Source of the DNA: a virus
Lineage: Duplodnaviria > Caudoviricetes
IMG/VR virus record: IMGVR_UViG_3300020578_000034
Location: 23,842 to 87,841 of that record
DNA: 64,000 nucleotides
Reading direction: 5' to 3' (one strand)
The position numbers and the translations under genes are program-made. Shown here in pieces: positions 63,183-64,000 of the stretch. The notes under the pieces were generated by a model, which saw only the letters and a program-made list of their open reading frames with translations, had not been told where the DNA came from and searched no databases. Within the stretch, counting starts at the first letter, position 1, and every line of letters starts with the position of its first letter.

Positions 63183-64000
63183 ATGTCGCAAGACACGAGC
63201 AGACTCCGCGAGTTGCAGTCAGCACTCCGCGAGAAGATGCAGCAAAACAAGGAAATTGCGGACTCGTTCCGCGTGGACAACGGAACGGTCGTCGTGACCA
63301 CCGAGCAGAAGTCGGCGTTCGACAAGAACATGTCCGACATCCGCGAGATCAAGGGACTCATCGAGGGTCTCGAATCACTCGGCAAGGTGCAGGACTGGGG
63401 TTCAACCTCGGCAGACGCATCGGTCGCCGCCCAGGCAGCAGCCGTCACGCCAGTGGCGCAGGCGCCTAGGACGATCGGCCAGCAGTTCGTCGACTCGCCG
63501 GAGTTCAAGTCGCTCCAGGGCGGTCGCAACGGCGCCAACATGGCAGCTCCGTGGCAGTTCAGCGGCTCGCTGACCCAGTACGGCGTGAAGGACGTCTACA
63601 CCTCGATGGCGACGGGCAACCTCGCCAACGGTGCTGATCCGAACTTCGGAACGGTCCAGCGCGACCCGATGGTCACCCAGCCGACGAGGACGAAGCGAGT
63701 CAGGGACCTGTTCCCGTCGCGCTCGACCACGGCCTCGACGATCGAGTACTTCCGTCACTTCGGGTACACGACGCCAGGCACGGATGCCGTCAACAATGCG
63801 GCACCGGTCGCCCAGCGCGATGGTTCCGCATTCGCTGCGAAGCCACAGTCGAGCCTCCAGTTCGTCGCAGAGTCCGCTTCGGTGCGGACGCTTGCCCACT
63901 ACGAGGCAGCGCACCGCAACGTGCTCGCAGACGAGCCGCAGCTCCGAAGCATCATCGACAACGAGCTCATGTACGGCCTGCGTCTCCTCGAGGACACGCA
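63183..64000 (+). CDS. Major capsid protein, HK97 fold (3'-truncated)
   Basis: Manual translation gives MSQDTSRLRELQSALREKMQQNKEIADSF...TIGQQFVDSPEFKSL...YGVKDVY...RVRDLFPSRSTTASTIEYFR...AAPVAQ...AKPQSSLQF....SVRTLAHYEAAHRNVLADEPQLRSIIDNELMYGLRLLED. This is a coiled-coil delta domain followed by typical HK97-family motifs. Confidence 0.92.
   Translation, partial: MSQDTSRLRELQSALREKMQQNKEIADSFRVDNGTVVVTTEQKSAFDKNMSDIREIKGLIEGLESLGKVQDWGSTSADASVAAQAAAVTPVAQAPRTIGQQFVDSPEFKSLQGGRNGANMAAPWQFSGSLTQYGVKDVYTSMATGNLANGADPNFGTVQRDPMVTQPTRTKRVRDLFPSRSTTASTIEYFRHFGYTTPGTDAVNNAAPVAQRDGSAFAAKPQSSLQFVAESASVRTLAHYEAAHRNVLADEPQLRSIIDNELMYGLRLLEDT

Larger units (their letters stand above)
1..64000 (+). mobile_element. 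Tailed phage (or prophage) head/virion-cargo gene region
   Basis: All credible genes are on the + strand and tightly packed, many with overlapping stop/start codons. An HK97-like major capsid gene lies at the right end. There are no bacterial housekeeping genes. Confidence 0.85.

Noticed and set aside
63098-63469. Track ORF 63098..63469
   Set aside because: It is out of frame with the capsid gene starting at 63183, which has the strong RBS and recognisable motifs.
387-63914. Numerous minus-strand and alternate-frame ORFs in the track, up to ~620 aa, many containing IPASASP/MPASASP
   Set aside because: They are shadows of long high-GC + strand genes. PASASP is simply the antisense reading of GDAEAGM. 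They show no RBS or domain evidence.
1-64000. tRNA, rRNA, integrase, transposase or reverse transcriptase genes; eukaryotic giant-virus origin
   Set aside because: None were recognised, and intergenic gaps are too short for rRNA. Shine-Dalgarno sites, overlapping stop/start codons and an HK97-type capsid indicate a prokaryotic tailed virus.

Overview
This high-GC window is entirely co-directional (+ strand) and looks like the head-morphogenesis region of a large tailed phage. It ends in the 5' part of an HK97-fold major capsid gene (63183 to >64000, missed by the ORF track because it runs off the window). The ~63 kb before the capsid gene are filled mainly by very large ORFs (>4612, 2457, ~2951, 913, 697, 1855 and 5251 aa). 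These are strings of unrelated effector-like domains recognised by eye: DEDDh exonuclease, sigma-r4/HTH arrays, several ADP-ribosyltransferase-like folds, HExxH zincins, GNAT, HipA-like kinase, Clp-N, Nudix and zeta-toxin kinase. They resemble phage 'polyvalent proteins'. The main observation is a shared sequence grammar. (1) A short motif D-[AG]-E-A-[GA]-M-[small] occurs 30 times in the strict E-A-[GA]-M form, plus ~12 variants, and falls at domain boundaries, as expected for polyprotein cleavage sites. (2) Five proteins share an N-terminal leader (K-[AS]-L-G-x-T-I-G...D-x-D-x-D...[ED]G...GRG..DPTP), a candidate capsid-packaging signal. (3) Four of the large ORFs are followed by a small acidic gene, three of them overlapping the stop codon, as in toxin-immunity pairs. 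Together these suggest a virion-packaged, proteolytically released multi-effector payload. All domain calls are motif-level and no searches were run.
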